Below, one piece after another: positions 56,824-64,000 of a stretch of DNA of 64,000 nt (positions within the stretch are counted from its first letter, which is position 1; each line of letters begins with the position of its first letter). The translations under genes were made by a program, and so were the position numbers. The notes under the pieces are model-generated. The model saw only the letters and a program-made list of their open reading frames with translations, was not told where the DNA came from and did no database searches. The DNA comes from Nitrospinaceae bacterium (GTDB lineage Bacteria; Nitrospinota; Nitrospinia; Nitrospinales; Nitrospinaceae). The DNA lies in contig JAHELC010000001.1 in assembly GCA_024644405.1 (NCBI GenBank), positions 8,854 to 72,853 of the forward strand. The letters are read 5' to 3'.

Positions 56824-58437
56824 ATGGATTTCGACACCGCGGTATTCTACTGGATCAAGGAACATTTGCAATCCCAGTCCCTGGACATCTGGGTAGCAAT
56901 ATTCACCGACAAAAACAATTACCTGATCCCTATCTTCGCCACCATTGCCGCCTTTCTGATATTGAGGAAAAAGCAAGGCTTGTGGTTCGTCATCGTTGTC
57001 CTTTTGGCAATTTTCACCAACGATTTTCTCATTCACCAGATTCTGAAACCCCTGTTCGCCCGGACCCGCCCCTGCCATGTTCTGGAAATCCTGAATGGTG
57101 TTTCCTGCACCCACTCTTTTTCGTTTCCCTCCGTGCAGGCGGGCAACCTGTTTGCTTTCGCCACGGTCTTCGCTCTTTTTTTCAGAGGCTCCGCCTGGGT
57201 GGTGTTCCCCCTGGCATTTCTGGGTAGTTTCACCCGTGTCTACCTCGGCGTCCATTACCCCACGGATATACTGGCAGGGGGCCTGTGTGGTGTTATAATG
57301 GGGATTCTGTTTTGCCGGCTGTACCGGTTATTGTTTCCTTCGTATGAATTTCACCGACCGACCCCGGTTATGAAGCAATCCCCCAAAAACATCCTGATCA
57401 TCAAACTCAGTTCACTGGGTGATGTGATCCACGCTCTGCCGTCGCTCCGCACCCTGCGTCAATTTTATCCTCAGGCCCACATCGCCTGGATCGTCGAAGA
57501 AAAGTGCAAAGACCTGCTCTACAACAATCCCGATCTGGACGAGTTGATCGTGGTGCGCATCCGTCACTGGCGCCGTCACTGGAACCGGCAAAGCTGGCGG
57601 GAATTCAAGAACAGCCTGAAACGGATCCGCGGCCGCTTCGATCTGGTCATCGACATGCAGGGACTGATCAAAACCGGCGTCATCGCCTTCCTCACCCAGG
57701 CGCCGCGCGTGATCGGCTTTGACAAACGCGACTGCCGGGAGCGCCCCAGCGCCTGGTTCACTCACGAAAAAATTCCCTTTATGGGAAAGAAAGTTCATGT
57801 GGTCGACCGGTATCTGGCGATGATCCAGGCGCTGGGCGCCGCAACGGTTTCCAGGGAGTTTCCGCTGGTGGTTCCGGAAGCCGCCGAGGCACATATCGAG
57901 GCCTACTGGAAAGCCAACCCGGAACTGCCGGCGAAGCCCATCGTTGCCATTCATCATGGCGTCGGGTTCCCCACCAAGCGCTGGCCGATGGAACGGTTCG
58001 CCCAACTGGGAGACCACATCGTGAAGGAACTGGGGTTCAATGTTCTGCTCACCTGGGGACCCGGCGAGGAAGAATCGGTGAAAAAACTTTCCGATATAAT
58101 GAAGGAGAAGCATTGGGTGTCTCCCAAAAATACACTGCACGAATCGATCGCCATGCTCAAACGGATGAGCATGTGCATCGGGTGCGATACCGGGCCGATG
58201 CACCTGTCGGCGGCGCAGGGGGTGCCGACGGTGTCGCTGTTCGGGCCGACAAATCCGGTCTACAGCCGCCCGCACGGCAGCAATCATGAAGTGGTCGTCA
58301 AACTCCAGCCCTGCAGTTTCTGCCACAAGCACCGTTGTCCGACGCAGATCGAATGCATGACCGCCATCACGGTGGAAGACGTTTTTTCCGCCGTGCAAAA
58401 AAGCGCGCAGGATCACGTAAACGCGCGCACCTCCTGA
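56824..58437 (+). CDS. Fusion protein: PAP2-family phosphatase-like membrane domain + family-9 glycosyltransferase (heptosyltransferase I, WaaC-like)
   Basis: A single ORF with no stop between the two halves. PAP2 motifs are 'KPLFARTRP' (Kx6RP), 'SFPSVQAG' (the PSGH position, His replaced) and 'TRVYLGVHYPTD' (Rx5Hx3D). GT9 motifs are 'ILIIKLSSLGDVIHALPSLRTL...HIAWIVEE' and 'GCDTGPMHLSAA'. I set the start at ATG 56824. The track uses the TTG at 56707. An in-frame internal ATG lies at 57370. Confidence 0.75.
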   Translation: MDFDTAVFYWIKEHLQSQSLDIWVAIFTDKNNYLIPIFATIAAFLILRKKQGLWFVIVVLLAIFTNDFLIHQILKPLFARTRPCHVLEILNGVSCTHSFSFPSVQAGNLFAFATVFALFFRGSAWVVFPLAFLGSFTRVYLGVHYPTDILAGGLCGVIMGILFCRLYRLLFPSYEFHRPTPVMKQSPKNILIIKLSSLGDVIHALPSLRTLRQFYPQAHIAWIVEEKCKDLLYNNPDLDELIVVRIRHWRRHWNRQSWREFKNSLKRIRGRFDLVIDMQGLIKTGVIAFLTQAPRVIGFDKRDCRERPSAWFTHEKIPFMGKKVHVVDRYLAMIQALGAATVSREFPLVVPEAAEAHIEAYWKANPELPAKPIVAIHHGVGFPTKRWPMERFAQLGDHIVKELGFNVLLTWGPGEEESVKKLSDIMKEKHWVSPKNTLHESIAMLKRMSMCIGCDTGPMHLSAAQGVPTVSLFGPTNPVYSRPHGSNHEVVVKLQPCSFCHKHRCPTQIECMTAITVEDVFSAVQKSAQDHVNARTS

Positions 58438-58449
58438 TAAGGATTCTAT

Positions 58450-58620
58450 ATGAGCTTTGACAAAGAACTGCTGGCAATCCTGGCCTGTCCCCAGTGCAAG
58501 GGGGAGCTCTCCCTCACGCCGGACGAGGACGGACTGATCTGTCCGGCCTGCAAGTTGAAATACCCGGTGCGCGACGACGTCCCGGTGATGCTGGTCGATG
58601 AGGCCGAACCCAGCGAATAA
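58450..58620 (+). CDS. Trm112/YcaR (UPF0434) family small zinc-ribbon protein
   Basis: 56 aa, below the ORF-track threshold: MSFDKELLAILACPQCKGELSLTPDEDGLICPACKLKYPVRDDVPVMLVDEAEPSE. 'LLxILxCPxCKGxL...LxCxxCxxxYPIxDGIPVML' is the family signature. Confidence 0.78.
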   Translation: MSFDKELLAILACPQCKGELSLTPDEDGLICPACKLKYPVRDDVPVMLVDEAEPSE

Positions 58621-58671
58621 AAGTTTTACCTGATTGCGAATTGTTACAAATATATATAAAGGCGACTTTCC

Positions 58672-60174
58672 ATGTCCGAAAACACCGTTCACCGACCCGG
58701 CATTAAAGGTCTGATTTTCGACGAACCGGCCCTGTTCGACCTCGGTTCTCCCGGCCGCAAGGCCTATTCCCTGCCGTCCAGCGCGATCCCCGACCCCGAC
58801 CTCGCAACCCTGCTGCCGACAGATGAAATCCGTGGCCCCGTCGACCACCTGCCGGAGTTGACCGAACTCGACGTGGTGCGCCATTTCACGCGCCTCTCGC
58901 AGTGGAATTTCAGCATCGACGGCAACTTCTATCCGCTCGGCTCCTGCACCATGAAATACAACCCGCGGCTCAACGAAGACATGGCGCGCGTGCCGGGGTT
59001 TGCCGGGCACCACCCCTACGCCCCGGAAGCGTTGTCGCAGGGCAGTCTGCAGTTGATGTTCGAGCTTCAGGATTACTTAAAAGAAATCAGCGGCATGGAT
59101 GCGGTCAGCCTGCAACCCGCCGCCGGCGCGCACGGCGAGATGACCGGCATGCTGGTCATCAAGGCCTGCCTGGAATCGCGCGGCGAACAAAGACACAAGG
59201 TGTTGATGCCCGACTCCGCCCACGGCACCAACCCGGCGAGTTCGGCTTTGTGCGGATACGACGTGGTGCAGATTCCATCGGACGCCGAAGGCCAGATCGA
59301 CATGGCCAAGCTGAAGGCGTTGATGGACGAGGACACCGCCGCCATCATGCTGACCAATCCCAACACGCTCGGCATGTTCGAAACCAATATCCTGGAGATC
59401 ACCGAGATCGTGCACTCCAAAGGCGGCCTGGTGTATTGCGACGGTGCAAACCTCAATGCACTCACTGGCGTGTGCAAGGTGGGCGATACCGGAGTCGACG
59501 TCCTGCACTTCAACCTGCACAAAACCTTTTCGACGCCGCACGGCGGCGGCGGACCGGGGGCGGGTCCGGTCGGCGTCAAGGATTTCCTGCAACCGTTTCT
59601 GCCGGTACCGCACATCGAGCAATCGGAAGGCAAATACATTTGCAACTATGACAAGCCTGAAAGTATCGGCAAGGTGCGGACCTTTTACGGCAACTTCGGT
59701 GTGCTGGTGCGTGCCTATACCTATATCCGGACACTGGGACCCGACGGTATCCGCGAAGCCTGCGAGTCGGCGGTGCTGAACGCCAACTACATCAAGGCGA
59801 AGCTGAAAGACGATTACCACCTGCCCTACCCCGGAGCCAGCCTGCACGAGTGCGTGTTCAACGATAAAGAACAACTCAAGCACGGCGTCAAAACTTTAGA
59901 CATCGCCAAGATGCTGATCGATCACGGGTTTCATCCGCCGACCGTTTACTTTCCTTTAATCGTGAAAGGCGCGTTGATGATCGAACCGACCGAATCGGAA
60001 TCGAAGGAAACCCTCGACCAGTTCATCGCGGCCATGCAGTCCATTGCCAAAGAAGCCGAGCAGAATCCAAAAAGTTTTCACGACGCACCCTACCTGCCCA
60101 AAGTCTCCCGCCCCGACGAAGCCCGCGCCGCAAGGAAGCCGGTTTTGAGATGGCCGGGCAAGGCCCGGAGCTAA
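58672..60174 (+). CDS. gcvPB: Glycine dehydrogenase (aminomethyl-transferring) subunit 2
   Basis: 500 aa. 'YPLGSCTMKYNP', 'SLQPAAGAHGE' and 'NLHKTFSTPHGGGGPGAGP' (PLP lysine) are GcvPB signatures. Confidence 0.93.
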   Translation: MSENTVHRPGIKGLIFDEPALFDLGSPGRKAYSLPSSAIPDPDLATLLPTDEIRGPVDHLPELTELDVVRHFTRLSQWNFSIDGNFYPLGSCTMKYNPRLNEDMARVPGFAGHHPYAPEALSQGSLQLMFELQDYLKEISGMDAVSLQPAAGAHGEMTGMLVIKACLESRGEQRHKVLMPDSAHGTNPASSALCGYDVVQIPSDAEGQIDMAKLKALMDEDTAAIMLTNPNTLGMFETNILEITEIVHSKGGLVYCDGANLNALTGVCKVGDTGVDVLHFNLHKTFSTPHGGGGPGAGPVGVKDFLQPFLPVPHIEQSEGKYICNYDKPESIGKVRTFYGNFGVLVRAYTYIRTLGPDGIREACESAVLNANYIKAKLKDDYHLPYPGASLHECVFNDKEQLKHGVKTLDIAKMLIDHGFHPPTVYFPLIVKGALMIEPTESESKETLDQFIAAMQSIAKEAEQNPKSFHDAPYLPKVSRPDEARAARKPVLRWPGKARS

Positions 60175-60207
60175 TATTTCTCTATGTCCTCTGCGGTGAA
60201 ATTCTCT

Positions 60208-61764
60208 TCAGGATATGAGAAGAGGAACCAACAGGAGGATGGCTCCGGTGATGAGGGCGGCGCCGAGGAAGTTGAGGATGAAACCGGCGCGGGACATCTG
60301 CGGCACCGTCACCCAGCCACTGCCGAACACGATGGCGTTGGGCGGCGTCGCCACCGGCATCATGAACGCGAACGATGCGGAGAGGGTGACCGGTACCATT
60401 AATAAAAGTGGATGTGTGTCCATCATCACGGCGGCCCCGGCGATGACCGGCAGGATCATGGTCGCCGTTGCGGTGTTGGACGTGAACTCGGTCAGGAACG
60501 TGATGCCCAGGCACAGCGTCAGGATGATCATCCAGATCGGCAGTGCCTGAATGCCGGTCAGCTGCTGGCCGATCCACACATCCAACCCGGTACTTTTGAA
60601 TCCGGCCGCCAGCGCGAATCCGCCACCGAACAACAACAGAATTCCCCACGGCAGTTTTTCGGCGACGGTTTTCCAGTCAAGCGCGAAGTATTCCAGTTTG
60701 CCTTCGCGTTCCATGCCGCGCGGAAAACCCAGCGGCACCAGCATCAGCACCAGGCCCATGAACATGGCGACGGTGGAGTCATGGATATAATCCCCCCAGG
60801 AAAAGAGCGACGACCAGCCGGGCAGAGTGACCGAGCCCAGGACAATCGGCTTGCGAAAAATCCACAACAGCGCCGTCATCAGAAAAATGACCGCAACAAA
60901 TTTCTCGGCGCGATGCATCGGACCCAGCGCATCCAATTCTTCATTAATGACATCTTTTGTTCCGTCGTGCACTTCGATATCGCGGATCGGTACACGGGTC
61001 ACCCAGCGGCACAGATACACCCAGACCAGCGGCAGGAAGATGATAACGATCGGCAGGGCCACTGCCATCCATTGCAGGAAGGTGATTTCCGGGTGATCGG
61101 GAAAAAGATTTTTGTAGAATCCCGCAAAGACAATATTGGGCGGCGTACCGATCAACGTGCCCACCCCGCCGATGCTCGCCGAATAGGCCAGACCCAGCAT
61201 GAGCGCCACTCCGAAGTAATGCTCCACCTTGTGGCGGGTCGATGCATTGCGTTCACCCTTGATACTGGCCTGCGACGCGATCTGTTTGACCACGGCCATC
61301 GCCACCGGAAGCATCATCATGGTGGTGGCGGTGTTGGAGATCCACATCGACAAAAACGCGGTGGCCACCATGAATCCCAAAATGATGCGTGAAGGACTGT
61401 TGCCTATAAAGCGGATGATCACCAGCGCGATCCGTTTATGGAAATCCCATTTCTCCATGGCGAGGGCGATCATGAAGCCCCCCATGAACAGGAACACGAG
61501 GTGATTGGTGTAATTGGGTGCGACTTCTTTGCTGGGAAGGATGCCGAGGAGCGGGTACAGGATGAGCGGCATCAGGGAGGTCACTGCCAGCGGCACCGCC
61601 TCGCCGATCCACCACAGGGCCATCAACATGGCGACGGCGGCCATTTTCTGGCCTTCGGGTGTAACGCCCTCCGGGGTCGGCATGACCAGCATCAGTGTGA
61701 ACAGGCCCAGGCCGCCCACAAGCAGAATGATCTTCTTTTTCAGAACAAATTGCAGCTCGTTCAT
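60208..61764 (-). CDS. DASS/SLC13-family anion:sodium symporter
   Basis: A 518-aa polytopic protein. The duplicated hairpin-type motifs 'SNTATTMMMLPV' and 'SNTATATMILPV' plus 'GTPPN' / 'ATPPN' are typical of DASS/SLC13 permeases. Confidence 0.85.
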   Translation of the reverse strand: MNELQFVLKKKIILLVGGLGLFTLMLVMPTPEGVTPEGQKMAAVAMLMALWWIGEAVPLAVTSLMPLILYPLLGILPSKEVAPNYTNHLVFLFMGGFMIALAMEKWDFHKRIALVIIRFIGNSPSRIILGFMVATAFLSMWISNTATTMMMLPVAMAVVKQIASQASIKGERNASTRHKVEHYFGVALMLGLAYSASIGGVGTLIGTPPNIVFAGFYKNLFPDHPEITFLQWMAVALPIVIIFLPLVWVYLCRWVTRVPIRDIEVHDGTKDVINEELDALGPMHRAEKFVAVIFLMTALLWIFRKPIVLGSVTLPGWSSLFSWGDYIHDSTVAMFMGLVLMLVPLGFPRGMEREGKLEYFALDWKTVAEKLPWGILLLFGGGFALAAGFKSTGLDVWIGQQLTGIQALPIWMIILTLCLGITFLTEFTSNTATATMILPVIAGAAVMMDTHPLLLMVPVTLSASFAFMMPVATPPNAIVFGSGWVTVPQMSRAGFILNFLGAALITGAILLLVPLLIS

Positions 61765-62090
61765 CGCTGGAAGTGTATCAGGGAACTCTTATAAGAACAA
61801 TAAGATTGAAAAATCCATTTCGTAAAACTCGAATACAGGTGACCTGCCCCCTAAAAGGGGCCCAGAGATTATGTTAGGATTCGGATCTAAAACCTAAGAT
61901 CTTTAAAGAGGGAGATCAAGAGGTCGGGACTGTAGCCAGATTGTAACCAAAGGGGGACGACCCCTTTTTTGGTAAATTGTATCGTGATTATCTGGCGGGG
62001 GATGGGTACGGGGAAAATGAAGTTGCTCAACAATAAATAATGATTACAGATTAAGAGACCAGTTCATTTTGGCTGAAGGGCGTAAGTATT

Positions 62091-62756
62091 TTGAATAATA
62101 TTTGCAGGTTTTTTTTGCTGGGGTTTTTTCTGGCAGATATCCTTGTTCTGGGGATAGCGGACCGTGGGAAGGCTCTGGAAACGGATACGGCGTATTGGAA
62201 TATGTTTGTTTTAAAGCATAAATTGAATGAAAAGCTGGGCATTCATTTAAAATCCGAACAATGGTTTCTGGATGATGTGAGCCGACTTGGATTATATAAT
62301 TTTACTCCGGGAGCAAAATATAGCTGGTCTGAGCATGTGGATTTTGAACTGAATTATAGATTTCAAAGGTTAAAGTTGTTGGACGAATTGACGACCGAAC
62401 ATCGGGTGGAAATAATTCCCTCTTTAAAAGGAGAATGGGCCGGGTTTAAATTTGAACTTAGAAACAGACTCGAGCTTAGAAACATTGATGGCGAGAATAG
62501 TTTGCGACTGCGAGAGCGAATTCAAATAAAAAGAAATTTTAAACATAAGAATTGGGATTTTGATTATTATATTTCAAACGAAATTTTTTTCGATTCCGAT
62601 CCGAATGATTTTAATCAAAACCGGGCAAAAGCGGGGATATCGAAGGAGGTCGCTCCAGGCTTGAATATGGGTTTGTATTACATGTATTGGACGATCGAAG
62701 GAAAAGAATTGTTTAAAGCAAATGTCATAGGAACGGTATTCTTATTTTTGTTTTAA
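62091..62756 (+). CDS. DUF2490-like putative outer-membrane protein, in a low-GC islet
   Basis: 221 aa with a TTG start and a hydrophobic N-terminus. It has alternating beta-strand-like repeats, 'FELNYRFQR', 'FKFELRNRLELRN' and 'LRLRERIQIKRNF'. The family assignment is from memory only. Confidence 0.45.
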   Translation: MNNICRFFLLGFFLADILVLGIADRGKALETDTAYWNMFVLKHKLNEKLGIHLKSEQWFLDDVSRLGLYNFTPGAKYSWSEHVDFELNYRFQRLKLLDELTTEHRVEIIPSLKGEWAGFKFELRNRLELRNIDGENSLRLRERIQIKRNFKHKNWDFDYYISNEIFFDSDPNDFNQNRAKAGISKEVAPGLNMGLYYMYWTIEGKELFKANVIGTVFLFLF

Positions 62757-63005
62757 TCCTCTGGATCCCTGACCTGAACCTAGATAGTCGCACCACAAGT
62801 TAAGTTAGAGTTCTACCATACGCTGCGGCTGTATTAGCATCACGCTCTCAAAGCATTGCAGGCATCTGTGTGTGTGGGGGGAGTATCTCCGCTGACCGGG
62901 CAAAGTCCGGACTTGATTTTTCTGTGCCGTCTCTACACCCTCTGTAATGACCGGTCAGGCTGGATCCATCGCCAGGGCTTATCTCTGTGGACTGTGAGTT
63001 GTTCT

Positions 63006-63890
63006 TCAGACATGCTGGGCGAGAATCTTGTCGAGGCCGACCGTGGACACGATATGTTTGTCCATGCCGATTTCTTCCGGGCTGAATCCCAGTGCGAGTG
63101 CCACCAGTTGCGGCAGGTGCAGGATGGGGATGGAGTAGTGCTTTTTTTGCATGCTTTCGATTTCGGGCTGATAGGAGTCGAGGCTGAGATGGCACAGGGG
63201 ACAGCCGGTGACCACGCAGTCCGCTCCGCCTTCCACCGCCTCGATCAGGGCGTTGCCCGCCATGGCGTGCGAGGCTTCCTTGTTCATCATGATGATGGGA
63301 AAGCCGCAGCACTTGATCCGGCTGGGATAATAAATCGGCGTGGCGCCGAGAATTTCAAACAGCTCCTCCAGCTCTTTGGGATTGTCGGGATCTTCGTACT
63401 CCGACAATTCCGAAGGACGCAATACATAACATCCGTAAAAGCCCGCCGTCTTGAGACCCGTCAACGGGCGCTTGATTTTTGCCTTGAGCAGCGCCTTGCC
63501 CTCCGGCGTCGCCAGGATATTGGAGAAATGTTTGATCTTGATCTTGCCGCCCTCGTACTGATGGCCACCGTCCTTGAGCACGTGGTTGATTTTCGACTTG
63601 TATTCCACATCTTCGTCGAGGTGGCATTCGGATTTTTTGAGATTGCCCTGGCAGGTCGAGCAGATGGTGACGAGATCCAGACCCTGTTCCTCCGCCAGTG
63701 CAAACGTGCGCGCGTTAAGGGCATCGGTCAGCACCGGATTTTTCTCGGACACCACCCCCGCACCGCAACAGGTGGCACTTTTCATCTCGACGAAGTCGAT
63801 GCCGAGCGCCTCGGCGGACTTGATCGTCGCCAGCATCAACTCACGCGTTGCCCCGCGGGCCACGCATCCGGTAAACAACGCAAACTTCAT
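63006..63890 (-). CDS. Heterodisulfide reductase subunit B-like protein (two CCG domains)
   Basis: 294 aa. 'FTGCVA...ATCCGAG...CSTCQ' and 'GCYV...IKCCGFP...GCPLCH' are two Cx(n)CCGx(m)CxxC (CCG) motifs, as in HdrB/SdhE/GlcF-type proteins. Confidence 0.8.
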   Translation of the reverse strand: MKFALFTGCVARGATRELMLATIKSAEALGIDFVEMKSATCCGAGVVSEKNPVLTDALNARTFALAEEQGLDLVTICSTCQGNLKKSECHLDEDVEYKSKINHVLKDGGHQYEGGKIKIKHFSNILATPEGKALLKAKIKRPLTGLKTAGFYGCYVLRPSELSEYEDPDNPKELEELFEILGATPIYYPSRIKCCGFPIIMMNKEASHAMAGNALIEAVEGGADCVVTGCPLCHLSLDSYQPEIESMQKKHYSIPILHLPQLVALALGFSPEEIGMDKHIVSTVGLDKILAQHV

Positions 63891-64000
63891 TCGCCAAACT
63901 CCTCAAAAATTCGTTGCACATCCTTCACATCGTCCACCGGTTTGTGAATGATGGGCGGTATTTTCATCTTCAACAACATCCGCAGGCCGACAGGAACCAG
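63887..64000 (-). CDS. 3' end of an upstream gene translationally coupled to the HdrB-like gene (identity unknown; 5' part outside window)
   Basis: The minus-strand frame reads ...[37 protein letters not shown], then TGA overlapping the hdrB-like ATG (ATGA at 63887-63890). Confidence 0.4.
   Translation of the reverse strand: MVPVGLRMLLKMKIPPIIHKPVDDVKDVQRIFEEFGE

Noticed and set aside
57412-59013. 533-aa minus-strand ORF in the track
   Set aside because: It runs antisense across three well-supported plus-strand genes: the heptosyltransferase 3' end, the Trm112-like gene and the gcvPB 5' end. Its translation is Arg/Gly/His/Pro-rich with no motif. This is a typical antisense open frame in GC-rich coding DNA.
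60412-61392. 326-aa plus-strand ORF
   Set aside because: It is antisense to the DASS transporter gene and is a highly biased Arg/His/Gln/Asp-rich sequence.
62856-63947. 363-aa plus-strand ORF
   Set aside because: It is antisense to the HdrB-like gene, whose two CCG motifs are clear. It also runs through the non-coding region upstream.

Overview
This is a 64-kb chromosomal window from a Gram-negative, flagellated bacterium. All calls rest on reading the ORF translations and the DNA by eye. I ran no homology or HMM search, so family names are motif-based recollections.

Hand counts of single 60-nt lines give about 48-63% GC in core genes. The gene content (a cytochrome bd-like oxidase with c-type cytochromes, an EB_dh/NxrC-like domain, an HdrB-like protein, and a fliL-to-fliA flagellar cluster with FlhF/FlhG) is reminiscent of Nitrospinae, Nitrospirae or Deltaproteobacteria-type genomes. 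Taxonomy cannot be settled without a database search.

Gene content, left to right:
- An ALDH fragment, a DUF1566 protein, a secreted HExxH protein and a TonB-dependent receptor.
- merR, ihfA, an EF-G paralog, a large MBL-fold/cNMP-binding protein, der, and a multidomain AmiC-like amidase.
- A metallophosphoesterase, then nusB-ribH-ribBA-ribE-ribD.
- motB, motA and a REC/HD-GYP regulator.
- A NACHT-type STAND NTPase fused to an FGE-sulfatase domain.
- A rhomboid protease, cinA, and two tandem MFS-like paralogs.
- purE, tsaC, acpS and an lpxL-family acyltransferase.
- A 12-kb flagellar export/switch cluster: fliA, flhG, flhF, flhA, flhB, fliR, fliQ, fliP, fliO, fliN, fliM, fliL.
- glnK, amtB and a porin, then ltaE and rpoZ.
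- A four-gene respiratory operon: a CydA-like oxidase plus three membrane c-type cytochromes.
- hisD, a DUF2064 glycosyltransferase, a PAP2-heptosyltransferase fusion, a Trm112-like small protein, gcvPB and a DASS transporter.
- A low-GC DUF2490-like islet and an HdrB-like gene at the right edge.

I found no rRNA, tRNA, CRISPR array, transposase or integrase.

The most interesting items are:
- The bd-like oxidase / multihaem cytochrome / EB_dh operon (48174-54360).
- The NACHT-HEAT-FGE-sulfatase protein (20925-23336).
- The low-GC MBL/cNMP protein (7339-9732).
- An AMIN-domain FliO preceded by a sigma-54-type promoter motif.
- An HD-GYP response regulator with degenerate signature motifs upstream of motAB.
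- A PAP2-WaaC fusion.
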